Assembly (NCBI RefSeq): GCF_018977255.1
Contig: NW_024704742.1
Coordinates: forward strand, 46,564,001 to 46,628,000
From: Callorhinchus milii
Lineage: Eukaryota
DNA: 64,000 nt
Reading direction: 5' to 3'
In this document: positions 1-13,589 of the stretch, one piece after another
Position numbering within the stretch: position 1 is the first letter of the stretch
Layout of the letters: each line of letters starts with the position of its first letter
Made by a program: the position numbers and the translations under genes
Notes under the pieces: generated by a model
Databases searched by the model: none
What the model saw: the letters and a program-made list of their open reading frames with translations, nothing else
Told to the model about the DNA's origin: nothing

Positions 1-586
1 CATAGATGCGGCTAACCAAAAAAAAGTGATGAAGTTATTTATTTTTTTAAAAAAGTGCATTAAATCCTAGACATCTTATGTCATATACAAATGGTATATA
101 AATACTGCATGCATTGTGCATCAGCTCACAGCTCACAGTAAATGTTTGCAATTTCAAAGTTATCTTCAGTTCCTTCAACTGTGGGGATATCTTAGCACAA
201 AATCTAATCAACACATTTTATCCCATTTCCCCTGTATCAAGAGAGGCTGTCCTCACCAAAATGGATAGCCAAAGAAATACACGACTTCTGTTTTTTTAGA
301 TGCCCTATCTATACATAGCTTCTGATAGAGTTGTTATGCTTCCATTCTTAACATTTTTATGAGTGGTGACAATTAATTTAAACATTAAGAAAAGGGTTGT
401 ATTAAAGCAACTTGGACTCTGCACTTTAACTGACTGAGAGATAAGTTGCTCTTGTAGAAAAATATTACTTACTGGTCTAATTATCTTCCAGCACTGAATG
501 TGGTCTCACTATACAGATCACTATCTGGTTTTGCTGTGTCTCAATAAATTGCTCTTATTTTACTGAATTTTCCTGGTACTCACATA

Positions 587-977
587 CAAAGCCCTCCATG
601 GCCTCGCCCCACCCTACCTCTGCGACCTCCTAACCCCCTACTAACCCATCCGCTCCCTCCGCTCAGCAGGCTCTGGCCTGCTCCACGTTGTCCGACCCAC
701 CCGCCCCACCATTGGCGGGAGAGCCTTCAGCCACTCTGCCCTCAACCTCTGGAATTCCATTCCCCAGTCACTCTGCCTCGCCCCCTCCTTAGCCTCCTTC
801 AAGTCCCTCCTCAAGACCCTCCTCTTCGACCATGCTATCATCCACCCCCCTTTCCCTCTCCTCCCTTATCCCCCACAACCCTAGCTCGGGTCTGAAATGC
901 TGTACTCTGTCCACCACCTTGGGACATCCTCCCGACGTGAAAGCTGCTATACACATGTAATCTTCTTGTTGTTGTTG
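587..977 (+). mobile_element. L2-clade LINE 3' fragment
   Basis: Encodes KALHGLAPTYL...GGRAFSHSALNLWNSIP...FKSLLKTLLF, followed by the tail gggacatcctcccgacgtgaaagctgctata and (TTG)n. Confidence 0.85.
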
Positions 978-1114
978 AATTCTGAGCAATACTCCATTCA
1001 ACTTTCACAATATGTTTCACATGAATAATAACCTTTTACCTATAGGCTAAAGCCCACATTTCTTTTGTCCATTGACAAGAGACATGGTTCAGATGTGCTA
1101 TAAAAGGAATAACA

Positions 1115-2122
1115 CATTTGCTCCCTCTTGGTGACATCATCCGTAGGCATGGGGGTCAACTTCATGTACAAGGATGACACCCAACTCTATCTTTCTGCCT
1201 CCACCCTCGACTCCAGAACCACTGCTGTCCTGAATGTCTGTCTGTCAAACACCAAGTTCTGGATGAGGGCCAACTTTCTACAGTTGGATGTCAGCAAGAC
1301 TGAGGCCCTCCTGATCGGCTCGCACCAGCGCTTCCGCACCTCAGGCACTGGCAGCATCAGCATCAATGGATGCACACTCCACCTCACCATGCCAGTCAGG
1401 AACCTGGGCATCTTGTTTGACCCTCATCTGTCCTTTATCCCCCACATTCATGCCATGACCTGCTCCGCCTTCCCCCATCTCTGCAACATCACTCGGCTCC
1501 GCCACTGCCTCATTCTTCAGGCCGCCGTAACCCTCATACATGCCTTCATTACAACCAGGCTCGACTATGCCAATGCCCTGCTTGTTGGCCTTCCCAACTC
1601 TTCAATTGATCATACAGAACACTGCAGCTTGTGTCCGTTTCATGGCCCCATCAACCCCACCCTCGAATGGCTCCCCACCCCTCAGAGAATCGCGTTCTAA
1701 CTTCTTGTCCTCACCCTCAAGGCCCTCCATTGCCTTGCCCCTTCCTATCTCTCTGACCTACTAACACCATACCAACCTGTCCGCTCCCTCTGCTCAGCAG
1801 GCTCCGGCCTGCTCCATGAGCCCCACCCAGCCCGCACCACCCTCAGCGGTCAGGCCGTCAGCCTCGCTGCCCCCATCCTCTGGAACTCCATCCGACAATC
1901 CCTTTGCCTTTCTCTCTCCCTTGCCTCCTTCAAGGCACACCTCAAGACCCTCCTGCTCACCTGTGCCTTCGGCTACCGTCCTATCTTCTCTACCCTCCAC
2001 CCTCCTTGATCCCAAACCTACCCACCCCCCCAACAGATCAGGTCCTAATCCCTGACTGTTCAGCCACCTTGGGACGTTCTCCCAATGTGAAAGGCGCTTT
2101 ACAAATGTAATTTTGTATTGTA
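1115..2122 (+). mobile_element. 5'-truncated L2 LINE with degraded RT C-terminus
   Basis: ORF 1128..1700 contains YKDDTQLY (YADD), WMRANFLQL..KTE, VRNLGILFD and HAFITTRLDYANALL. The L2 tail ends near 2120. Confidence 0.92.
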
Positions 2123-3246
2123 CAGTACCTTTCATGTTGGAAGGATGTCTTGAAAGTGCTCAAAAATAGAGTTCTCACCAACCTCAGGTTGGAGACACTG
2201 AAAGTACCTGCTGAAAAAGTCTAACAAAGGATTGAACTTTAGCTACAAGAAAGGATGGTGTCTTAGCATTTAACACTGAAAAATGGATTCAGAAAATTTA
2301 ATTATGCCTTTTCCACCTATGAACAAGCAATATCTCCTGATAAGAACATGCCTTGATCTAGAATCTCCTGTGAGTTCCAACCCAGGAAAGGGCTATTTTT
2401 TTTATGTTGGAAATAGAGAGCTGAACAATTTATGCTGAGACCGGAAAATAATGAGCAGCTCAGAACTTCTCACAGGAGACTGCAAAAGCCCTCACTCTGC
2501 AATCCAATCCATCTCGGTTGTTGTACACAGCAAGAGAGAACCTGCAGTTTCTTTGAGCAGTTATTCATAATGCACTGTATATTTTATGATCATACAACTG
2601 CACTTTAAGTTCAAACAAAATAGGCTCCCTTCAATTTAAGAGCCCAAATATAGCAATAGCAAGTAGAGAAGGTAAGAACACTTTTAAAAATTTACTCCAC
2701 TTTGGATGCCATTACCCTGTCACTTCAGCGCAGCAGTTTGGCCCAAAGGTTTCTGTGCTCACGATTCGGGAGAACAACATTTTTTGTGCAGCTAAAAGTA
2801 GAATACAGTCCTTTGAACTCCGGCACCCTGTGAAGCAGCACTCAAATGCTGCCTTGGGTGGATAAATGTTCTCTTGGACTGCTACTGTTGAGCTTGTACT
2901 CAAGACAGCCATCAAACAATTTTGTAAAGTGGTTTTGGACCAACATTAGTTTGAACAATTGAGTCAAAATTGTGAAAGCGAAATTTACTCCCAAATCCAG
3001 TCGACAATGATTGACATTTCTTTACAAATTCAGTGTGTCATATATCTTCCATAAAACATCACAGTAAATTCTCCTTTAATCTACTGTCAATACTTGAGTC
3101 CATCATGCATTAGACCTTTAGTTCTTATGTCTCACAGCAATCAGTATTAGCTTGAATCCTACATTGGGTAATAGGATACTAAAATCACTTAAGATTTTAA
3201 TATATTTTAGAGCACATCTAAACATTGGTCTTGGCTATCACTTGAA

Positions 3247-3581
3247 ATAATAATAGTCCTTGTATTTGAGTTGAGACTTCTAAAACCGCTTCACAGAATA
3301 TATTGTAAAGTGTATTGACTGTATTTGTGACCGAAACGCAGCAGCCAATTGCGCACAGTAGTGTCCCACAAAGTCGTAGATTGAATGACCGAATTGTTTT
3401 TGAGGGATTATCTCCTGCAAGCGATCCACCACTCACAAACAACCGGGTTCCTACTCACTGCTACGTAAACAGAGGAGTGTGGAATAAGGAAACTTGCCGA
3501 GGGTTTCATCCCTCCCAGGAATTGAACCCGGGTCCTCTCGCTTGTGAGGCAAATGTGCTCACTAGTATTTTATGGCACTCC
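3247..3581 (-). mobile_element. tRNA-derived SINE, long subfamily
   Basis: B-box GGTTCAATTCC on the minus strand. Body and tail are shared with copies at 11486, 35596, 41853 and 57793. Confidence 0.85.
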
Positions 3582-3699
3582 ACAAATAACTAAACCTGAA
3601 CCAAAGAATTTGAAGTGCTACGATCATTCTCGTTTTCAAATCTGTGCCTTAAAAAATCCTCCATATCTAATAAAAAGAAACTTGGATTTTTGGTACATT

Positions 3700-3875
3700 A
3701 GTTTGAAATGTTTCAAAGCGCTTCAGAAGCAATTGCTGTCATTTGTAATGACTGTTTTTATAGGGAAACACAGCAGTTATTTTGTTCTCAGCATAACCCA
3801 CAAATAGCCATGTGTGGCTTGAACCCAAAACCTTCCAATACAGAGATGAGAGTACTACCATCTGAGCCAAACTGA
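3700..3875 (-). mobile_element. Old, internally deleted Deu-domain-type SINE remnant
   Basis: Minus-strand head tcagtttggctcagatggtagtactc...gggttcaagcc joined to a ctatttgtggg...ctgtgtttccc...aagcgctttg 3' part. Confidence 0.6.
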
Positions 3876-4995
3876 AATACTGTAAAAATAAATGACCATT
3901 TATTGTTTAAAAAACATTAAAAAGGTAACCTGTAATACTATAAATAAAAACAAATGAGATAAAGTGAATTACACATGCAGTAATTTGATGAAGGGCTTTT
4001 GTGACAACAACCCATTATATTTGTAAAGCGCCTTTCACATCGGGAGGATATACCAACAACGGTTGGATTAAATTTGAAGATATTCATCATGTATGCTTTG
4101 TTACATTAGCACCTTCTATGATAATGATTTTTAAAACTTTTCATTTGAAAAGGATTTATTAACTATAAACTACAGAAAAACTGGGTTACAGAAAATGAAG
4201 AATGTCTTGCTTAGAGTACTTATTTATCTAAAAGCTTTACACAGCATTGCTCAATTAAGTTGAAAAAAAGCTGGTGTACAATTTTAGTAAAATCCAGATG
4301 GAGTTAAAAACCTGTAGTAAAAACAAAACCATGTGCAATTACAAATAATATATTTTACGCACGGTAAAAGTACTTGAAATCCATTATTAGAAATGCATCA
4401 ATATTTCCCATAGACTAAACAGAGGATCTGGGGCATCGGATAAATTTAGACTTGGGGTTCATAACGTTCAAAATGTAAGTTTAGTGAAAGTTAAGCTACT
4501 CTAAATCTTGCATACTCGCTCTTACATTTGGTACTGCACAAAACAATTAATGTAACTTGTAGTTCCAGAGCTTTATTTCTAGAATATAAACTGCAGTGGA
4601 GAGAAACAGAACAGGATACATAGGGACAAAGGAATTTACTTGATATCTACCATTAGTTGGATTCAAACAGGAGGAATTAAAACAATATTCCAAACCTAAT
4701 GGTAGCTGTAAATTTATTATCTAGTTTCTCCCTATTAAGAGTCATCTGAATTAACACATTACTTGTAAGGATGCCCATTTGATCCATTATAGATAAAATT
4801 ACTTGTTATTTTGTGAAAGCCATTTAAAGAAAGCTTTACATTTATGTGAATCACCACTCAAACTCTAAAATGTTGATGAAAATATAACATGGAGTGTTAA
4901 AGAATGTTCCTCTCGCACTTAAATTACCTTTAATTGGCCACATGGTTTTACAGACAATAGGATAAAGTTTTAATGATTTAGCAAAAGATATGCAT

Positions 4996-5245
4996 TTTGA
5001 TTGCAGCCCCTCTTTGGAACTCCATCCCACAACCCCTTCGTCTTGCTGCCTCTCTTGCCTCCTTCAAGGCACAACTCAAGACCCTCCTTTTTGACTGTGC
5101 CTTCAGCCACCCTCCTAACCCCTCTGCCCTCCCTCATCCCAACCCTGCCCCACCCCACACTTGGGTCCTGATCCCTGACTGTTCAGCGCCTTGGGCTGTC
5201 CTTCCAACGTGAAAAGCGTTTTACAAACGTAATTTTGTTGTTATT
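4996..5245 (+). mobile_element. L2 LINE 3' end
   Basis: Encodes AAPLWNSIP...FKAQLKTLLFDCAF, followed by the L2 tail. Confidence 0.85.
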
Positions 5246-6237
5246 GGTATGATTGCTAGAGTAACCATATAAATACAAATCCGTTTGAAAGAAAGGTAAC
5301 CCCCCCCCTCCTAAAAGTCTAATACAAAAATCAATGATCGAATTAGATCAAATTATAGTTGAAAACAGAAGCCTGAAAAACAACCACTTTTTATATTAAA
5401 TTTTTGCTTACAATCTCTGAAGATAACAATTGCAGTTAAATTATTCATTTAAATTAAATTAATATTCGGTGTACATGCCATACAAGGTGGTGTGTTTATT
5501 AAATTCCAGCAGAATATCATTGAAAATAATAGTCATGTATCTATCTATTCTTCAGCTGTAAATATTTAGTTTGTGTGGCAATACTTTAATACTTACAGGA
5601 ACAAGAGAATTGTTGAATATATTTCCACACATCAGATGAAACAAGATTCAATATATACCAATTACAGTTTTTGGGCCACTATAGGGTGAAAAATATAACA
5701 TTTCATACCAGATTTGATGTGATGACTGTAAATCATTGCATTTGTCATTATTATACATAGATGCACCTATGCTTATTCTACTTAGATACGCTCTGGGGCG
5801 CTACTCTGCATGAGGGGTGCTATATATATGCAAGTTGTTGTAGTTGCTATCATTACTGGAAAATCATTCTCTAAATAAAAAACTTGACCTGGATATGACA
5901 ATCTCTTCTCAGTGAGCATGATCAATAGATAACAACACTCCAGCATACGATTTTACACAATGCATTTATTAAGAATTATTTTATGAACACATTCTGATAT
6001 GTTTCCCTTTTACAGATCAGCTGAAAGTGCACTTGATAGAGGGATTTAATATCATGAAAAATTTGGAAAGCATGGGATTCGGTTTTGCAGCTGTGTGCTA
6101 TGTATTACAACACGGAGTCTTCATTTCAACATGAGGAGAAGACCAAATGGGAACTGCAGGAGAGTTTTTTTTTAAAAAAAGTAAGAGTGAAAGGTTCTCG
6201 GTAAGGTTCTAGCCAACTAAAGTCAAAGTACATAAGG

Positions 6238-6362
6238 CAAAATACTGGAAATCTGAAATGAAAACAGAAGTCGCTGGGAACACTCAGCAGATCAGGCAGC
6301 ATCTATGGATAGAGGAAAGTGAGTCAACGTTTCAGGTCTACGATCTTTTGTCAGAACTTTTA
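6238..6362 (-). mobile_element. Penelope-like element terminal-repeat fragment
   Basis: Same sequence as the arms at 54027-54268. The minus strand reads agttctgacaa-aagatc-gta-gacct-gaaacgttgact, a degenerate hammerhead layout. Confidence 0.65.
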
Positions 6363-9289
6363 GTTAATCTCATTTGAGTGGTAAAACCTAAATAAAACAC
6401 AACACATAGACGAAGCAGTCTGTTTATGTTTTTGCAGCTCACAGACTTCTTAGGCCCAGCTTGCAGAATAGAGGAAAATCCCAAGTATGCAACTTTACAT
6501 CCCTTTTTGGGACACCAAATGCCAATAAGAAACCACCCCATACAAACATAGCTCTCTGTTGGTTAGGGCTGTAGCTGAGATCAGTTTAACTGAAATGAAC
6601 TTACCCAACGCAAGTTGTAGTGAGAGAGAATGGATTCTGGATTTGGGGTTAACGCACAAAAACCCAGATTATCCACTGGAATTGTTTATGACAGTGGCTA
6701 GTCAATCTTTGATTCTGCATAACAGATGGTGAGATACAATGGCAGACTATTTTCATCTAACTCATTTCTGACAAGCAGTAGTTTCAGTCTGTTCTACGGT
6801 CAGAGCTTAGTTTATACACAATTCAAATTCACAATTTACATTTATACAGCGCCTTTCGCATTGGGAGGATAACTCAAAGTGTTTAATTGTACTGGCCGGG
6901 CATCCAAGCTGGGGTGGGAGCCAAGGGAAGGGAAAGATAACTGAAGGCAAGTTCATGGAGAAGCATCAAAACTATTTCTGCACAACTTCCTCTTCTAAAT
7001 ATTTTTTCCCCTTTTCTCAAGATGCTGGGTAAGGTTTTTTTGTGTCCGGTGCATAATCCAGGTACACATTCATCACATGAGCCAGTGAGGGTCAGCAGGC
7101 TATGCAATCATGAGGCACTACCATGTTCTAATTTTGCCCAACCTCCACACACATGTATTCCAATAGAGGCAGCACCCTGGATAACTATCAGGGACAAGAA
7201 ACTGGATGATTTACAGAACAGTAGGTGCTTATGGCCATCTCCCCTCTCCCGCCAGCTCAGAGTCAGGCTCTGCCACTGTTAAGCGCTCTGAGATGCTACC
7301 CTCCGTGGCAGACGCTACATAAGTGCAAGTTGTTGTTGATGATTTCTCTAGCACAGGAAATCACCACTACAAGCATTTGTATATCAGAGATTTTATATTA
7401 CAGGCTGCCAAGATAAACTGGTGCAACATGCTTGATGGGCTGAATGGCCTCCCATCTTCCAAAGTAATTTGACGATGTCCCAGCTAAAATTAGTTAGCTC
7501 GGGACAGACCAAAGATTGCACCTGGGATCTTCAAGATGTGTGCAGTTGTTTCTCGCCACCTTTAATATCTGCGCCATCAGGGAGGTTCACGCCCTGTAAG
7601 CAGTCAAACAAATATTTCTAATTCAATTTAAGTCAAAGGTTATTGCTATCCTTTTAAATCCATTAAATAATATAGAAAATAGTGTTTTGCAGAAAAAGAA
7701 TCATACTTTCCTACAAGCTCCTATTTGTTATATTATTTAATGGATTTAAAACTCTGCATAAAAATGTTGACCATTGAGATCAGACTTTAATTTTAAAACA
7801 GATCAAGGCTCATTAGACCAAACACATTGCTAACTTAACTGAACATTTCTAAGCAAAACCAATGAAGTAGCATGGGAATAAATGAGTCAGAGCAAAAAGA
7901 CATGCTGTTTAACCGCAATGCTGAAGCCCAGGTGTGCTGCAGGATAAAAATAGAGCTTTGACCTTCACAGAAATAAATCCTTTATTCCACGGAGCAACAT
8001 ATTCGTAACCAATGCCTACAAATGCAATTATGTACATTTCTTGGTGTAAATGTCATCATGTTCAATAAGAATCTTGACACAACATACAACAAAAACATTC
8101 ATGAATTATGGAAGTGGATTCTAATCAAAATGAAGCATAAACGTTTAAAGTAACCTTACACATGATTATTGAGACTGAGAAAGTTCTATGTTGCAATATC
8201 AGCAAACCTATTTATTTAGTTGAAGAACAAGGAGTCAAAATTCGTACTTTAAATATAAGTGTCATTTGTTGCAATTACAAATCTACTTGTTTTACCGGAT
8301 TGCTGACAGTTTGGCTGGGTTAAGATAAATGTACAATCTCAAACGCAGATATTTACAAGAGGGGACTTGAGCTCCTATTTTTCAAGCATTATACATTTTG
8401 ACAAAATAGACAAATTGTTGCTGAATGAGCCATTGCAAAAGAAGTACTGTTTACATTCATATTACAAATGATGGCTGCATAATTTACATGCCCACATTTT
8501 GCATTAACTGCTACCAAACGTTTATTATTTAATATCAAAAATGAACTACAAATTGCACATTCCACTAAAACATGGCAGTAGCAGCATTAGTCACAGGAGT
8601 GAAAGTCTCGTATTTCATTACACAACCTCTGCTGCCTCTTATGTCTATAATACATCCAATTTATCAATGTTTATTTTGCTACTAAACTCTAAAAAATACA
8701 GAATTTACATTGTTGAACAGACTTTTCTCACTAAAGATCAGGCAAGATATTTCCTATTTAGATCATTACCTCTGCACACATTATTGAACACACCTGAACA
8801 TGTTCTGTTGCTGGAAATTGGAATCTGAATTTGCAAATGAAGAATGAGATGTCACTTTGAATGTTCAAAGAAGGCACAGTGGTATAATTAATATCTGGTG
8901 TTACGTGAGTTGTTAAACTTTGCTGTCTTAAAGTACTAAAAGAATAATAGCATTAGATTAAACCTTTGAGTTTTACAATTAATCCACTTGATGAACCACA
9001 ATGTTAATAACACTAACAGCTAAACAAATATTGATCAATTTGGCAATTCTCTATTTTGTTCCAGAAAGAAGGTATTTAGGATCTAAAAAAAACATTGCTA
9101 CTAATTTGACAGTTTATTTAGACATGCAGAATTCAGCAAATCTCAGCAATCTAATGTGACTGTAAATAAGACATCAACTAATAAATGAACTGGTCACATT
9201 CACACCATTGAATAGCACTGTCCCTTCGGCCTGTTCAACAGCACAGTCAAACTTGGCTTGTCTCTCAGGTTTTAGGCAAATACACTTTA

Positions 9290-9560
9290 CAATAATAATA
9301 ATCGTTGTATATGATACAAGGCCTTTCACATCAGGAGGATGTCTCAAAGCAATTCACAATATAATATAAAGTGGAGGTGAATTTGGCAGCCAATTTGCAT
9401 ACACAATGTCCCACAAGCAACCATGAAGCGAGTGACCAATTTTAATTGAGCAATTGTCGGCCAGAACACCAGGAGAAATTCCCTTCTCTTTTCGATTAGC
9501 ACCGCTGGATCTTAACTTCCAGCTGAACAGGCAGATGGAAGCTCAGTTTAATGTCGCGTG
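9290..9560 (-). mobile_element. Deu-domain SINE remnant
   Basis: ggccagaacaccaggagaa...ctgaacaggcagatggaagctcagtttaatgtc resembles the Deu core and is homologous to 60636-61080. Confidence 0.7.
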
Positions 9561-9566
9561 ATAAGG

Positions 9567-9822
9567 TTAAAGGAAAGCAGATGAAATCTTAACTCGAACG
9601 AGGTATTGAAACACACTTTACATCATGGGTTCAGACTTTTTATATCTGGAGACCTGTATTACACATCTCACCTTTGTGATATGGACGGTGGCAAGTTAAT
9701 GCTTTCATGTGAGTTGCTGATGCAGTTTCTGCGCATCAGTTTAACAGGGAGTTAAACTGTGCCATATTCAAAACCGAACATGCAGATGGATCTCAGTGAA
9801 GATTTCATCTGCTTTCCTTTAA
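9567..9822. mobile_element. Non-autonomous DNA transposon (MITE) with TTAA flanks, Kolobok/T2-like
   Basis: TTAA-AGGAAAGCAGATGAAATCTT (9567-9590) and AAGATTTCATCTGCTTTCCT-TTAA (9799-9822) are perfect inverted repeats. Confidence 0.8.
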
Positions 9823-10717
9823 CCCTAAACTAGAAGGTATAGATCAGCTCCACCTTTCCACCGTGTGAATCTGAAATACTCCAAATTGATTTAACTACCA
9901 AGAAATATATCACCTAATAGCAAAGTTCAAGTGCCTGCAAATCACAAACCTCACTTGCATGGAGATTTTAGTTTATAAAGAATCTGGAATGGAATCCAAC
10001 TCATCAATTAAATAAAAAGGGCTCATGAAATGCTGCTAAAGTATGAACGTGCCTCGGCTACAGAAACAAACTCTGAACCACTTGTAGCTTTTTGATATTG
10101 CCAGAACAGGAGCTGCAATGCCTCATGATCCAGCCCTGTGCTGTCTTCTGACTATGACAAAAAGGCAGGACTTTAAATTGACTGTCTGGTTCACATACAG
10201 ATTTTCTTTTAAAATCCTGAAACAAATTGCATTACCGTACCACAATTACCCACATAAAAACACTTTACTCAATAAAATTGCTGCATATTGACGGAGATGA
10301 GAGCCTGCCATGCAAGTTATCCAGTCAAGAATTCTTCTTAAATTGACTTTCTATTGGAATTAGATTGAAACGGGGGATTCCAGGAGTAATATTTATAATG
10401 ACTTGGGGAGGCGGGGGAATGATTTGGTTTGTAAATTACTTACATTGTATTTACAATTAAGTTAATTATGATCCTTAAAACTCCCCCCCACACACATAAT
10501 TGTTTTTTCTCCTCAATTTTAAGACCGTTAATTTTCCTTTGGAGAATAATGGCTGGAAATCACTTTAGAAAGTGCAGCTAAATCTCAGACTATGTTTCCC
10601 ATGTCAATGAAAAAGTGTTATTACTTCCTTTACTGATTTCACAATTTTCTTCAGGGGCAGAAAGGGGAGTTATTAATTGTGCATATGCAACTATTTCTGT
10701 GCTGTAACATGAGTTTT

Positions 10718-10875
10718 TAGAACATTTTAGAACATAAGAACATAAGAATTAGGAGCAGGAGTAGGCCATTCGGCCCCTCGAGTCTGCCTCGCCATTCAAT
10801 AGCTGATCATGGCTGATCTATTCTAACTCCACCTACCCACCTTATCCCCATATCCCTTAATCCCTTTATCCATAA
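10718..10875 (-). mobile_element. CR1 LINE 3' end
   Basis: (AACATAAG)n octamer tail followed by aggagcaggagtaggccattcggccc. Same family as 50508. Confidence 0.85.
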
Positions 10876-11485
10876 GAAAATTTCTGATGCAGATTAATCT
10901 TAGCTCATTTTAAAATCACAGTGAAATATGGTTATATCAAATGTTCGGTCGAACAGAAGTTGATCGAGTGTTCTTGACTGATTAAAAGTGGAAGAAATTA
11001 ACAGTTCATAATTAAATTACTACATTTGCATGGATCTCTAATTCAAATACATTAAGGTACTGTATTTGTTTCAGTTATAATTGTCACCTGAAACTGTCTA
11101 TCCACTTCATTATGGCAATCTTGAATTTACTGCAGCTGATCTGGAATTAAAAAGTGCATCTAAAAGATTCAGTCAATGTGAGATTTGATGAACAGAATAA
11201 CTGTTCAGTCCTCCCTTCCTTCCTCCACTGTCCATCAAGTGGATTCTATTATTGCCTAAAATCTTAGCAAGGTTTAGTCCTATTTGGTTAAGTAGTAAGT
11301 GAATTGGGGACAGTGGACTCTTTTGACTTCACTTATAAAATAGAACTGTCCGATATACGTTATTATTGAACTTATTGTGATTTGGAGAAAGTTACAAAGT
11401 AAAGCTTTATATTTTGCAGGCAAATTGCAAGATATATTACGCCAAAACCCCTTAAATTATGTTTAGATTAATGTTCGATTAATCA

Positions 11486-11787
11486 GTTTGATTCCCAGGG
11501 AGGGCGAAATGTTAGGCAAGTGTCCTTGCTCCACTCGTCTGTTTATCTAGCAGTAAGTAGGAACCCAGTTGTTAGTTGACTGGAGAATCGCTTTCTGGGG
11601 GGGTAATAATCCCTTCAAAAAAAATAACAACAATTTGGTCACTTAATCCACGACTGTTTGTGCGACCCTGCTGCCAGGTTTCGCCCACAAAATATAGTCA
11701 ATCCACTTTACAATATATCCTGTGAATACGTCTCGAAGACGTGATAAGGCACAATATCAAATGCAAGGATTATTATCATTATTATAA
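11486..11787 (+). mobile_element. tRNA-derived SINE, long subfamily, 5'-truncated
   Basis: B-box remnant gtttgattccc, the middle segment ctgtttatctagcagtaagtaggaaccc, and the tail atatcaaatgcaaggattatt. Confidence 0.85.
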
Positions 11788-13589
11788 TTCCTGTGCTCGA
11801 GTCTGCTTCAATAGAGGGCGACATCCACATCTGAACTCTTACCAAAAAAGACTGAATGTAGAATTTTTTGAAAAATGAAAGGATTAAAAGCAGTCAAAAT
11901 GTGAAGAAAAATAACACGACAATATAAGTAGCAAATAACAGCTTTGAGGCACAGAATGTTGAGAATCTCAACTTGTGAGAACCTCAGTGAGAACAAGTCA
12001 CAATTCATGACACTTGTTGATGATGACTAAAATCCCAAACTCACAAATAATGTCACCTGACCAATAAATATGCCCATCTAGGTGACTGCCTTTAATGGTG
12101 ATCTTGCACTGTATTAATATCGTATAACCATTAGAACAACCAATAAACTTGAGGAGAGACATCTTGGAACCTGTTCTTTCTGGTTATCAAGTGTACTCCG
12201 CTGAGGTTTCTGACAGTACAAGAGTGAGCATTCATTTTAATTCGTTTCCTATTCTCACATTTTGAACTGCCATCTGAGATGCTATGTGTTGAGTCATGTT
12301 ACCCTGTGGGCATGAGTAGAGCTTCAGTATATCAATACAAATGCCTGTATGTGTGAAGAAGACCAATTTCATGCAGCTGCTATAGCCACTTTAGACAAAA
12401 GCATGTTATAGTACTGAATTCTACTCTTGTCTGTGATGGAGGTCTGATATATTCAGATTACAGCAACAGCATGCTACATTTGCACGGAAATATACATATG
12501 GGGCATCTAAATGAAACCGCTTGTCATATAAACACACATATTAACTGCAGTATTATCTTACTGCGATCATCCAAATTCCAATTAGACCAATGAGACAGAC
12601 ATTTCTGAATCTATAACCAAGCCAATAAAATCTCCACCGATTTTGAAAAACTGATATATGGATCACCCACAGCAAGCTTTTATATGAAAAATCCAGAGTC
12701 TGAAGAAAATTGGTCAATTACAAAGTGAAACCTTTCTTAACAAAAAGCTGCTTCAATATGTTTTGGTGAAATTACTTCTGCTTGTCAAAGCAGATGTTTG
12801 CGCTTGAAAATGAACAAATAAACACGGATTCAGCAGCAAGTGTTACTTTCAGATACTTGCAAGGGAAGAGCTAATTGGAGTACAAGGTAATTGTATTCTA
12901 TTCTAACAATGTACCTCAGTCTCTAAACCACCCTTTACTGTACCAGTGCAATTTTCTATTTCAACACAAGCAATCCCTGTAGCTCACTTGAACAAGACTG
13001 CTAATTAATTATGCATATAGTCAGATTTATCCTATTTTTAAATGTTCTAATGGCAGGTCTCATACTTGATCACAGCAAAAACTGAGCAATTGTGAATCTC
13101 TCTTTCACAGCAAATCCCCCAAATCCATGCATACAATGCTTGAGACCTATTCTAGCATTCCTTCACCTCTGTGCTTGGCCAGAGCGTAGAGGCTACAAAT
13201 CAAGCCATGGTCTGAAAGTTAGTAAGCAATCAGAGTTAAAAAGGGACCTTTGCGATGCCACAAATTCAGTCACCTCAGTAACTATTTTCATTTGCCATTG
13301 ACGTTGTGAATTCAATAAGCAAATCCGTTGATCTGAATTATGCCAGCCGAGTGTTTTCCAGTAGAGACTGTGTATTGTTAATTGGCAGGTTCAGTCCTCT
13401 ATAACATCAATTGATCTTAGGATCATCACCAGTCTGTGTTAACCTTGATGCCAAACTATATTAGATATTGTTTTAGCCTGAGTGAGCTGACATGCTCATT
13501 TACTAATAGTCCATCACATTTTAAAAATAAACTGAGCTGGTCCCTGGTATCAAAAATGTTAAGAAACACAACTCTATATTATTGCTAAG

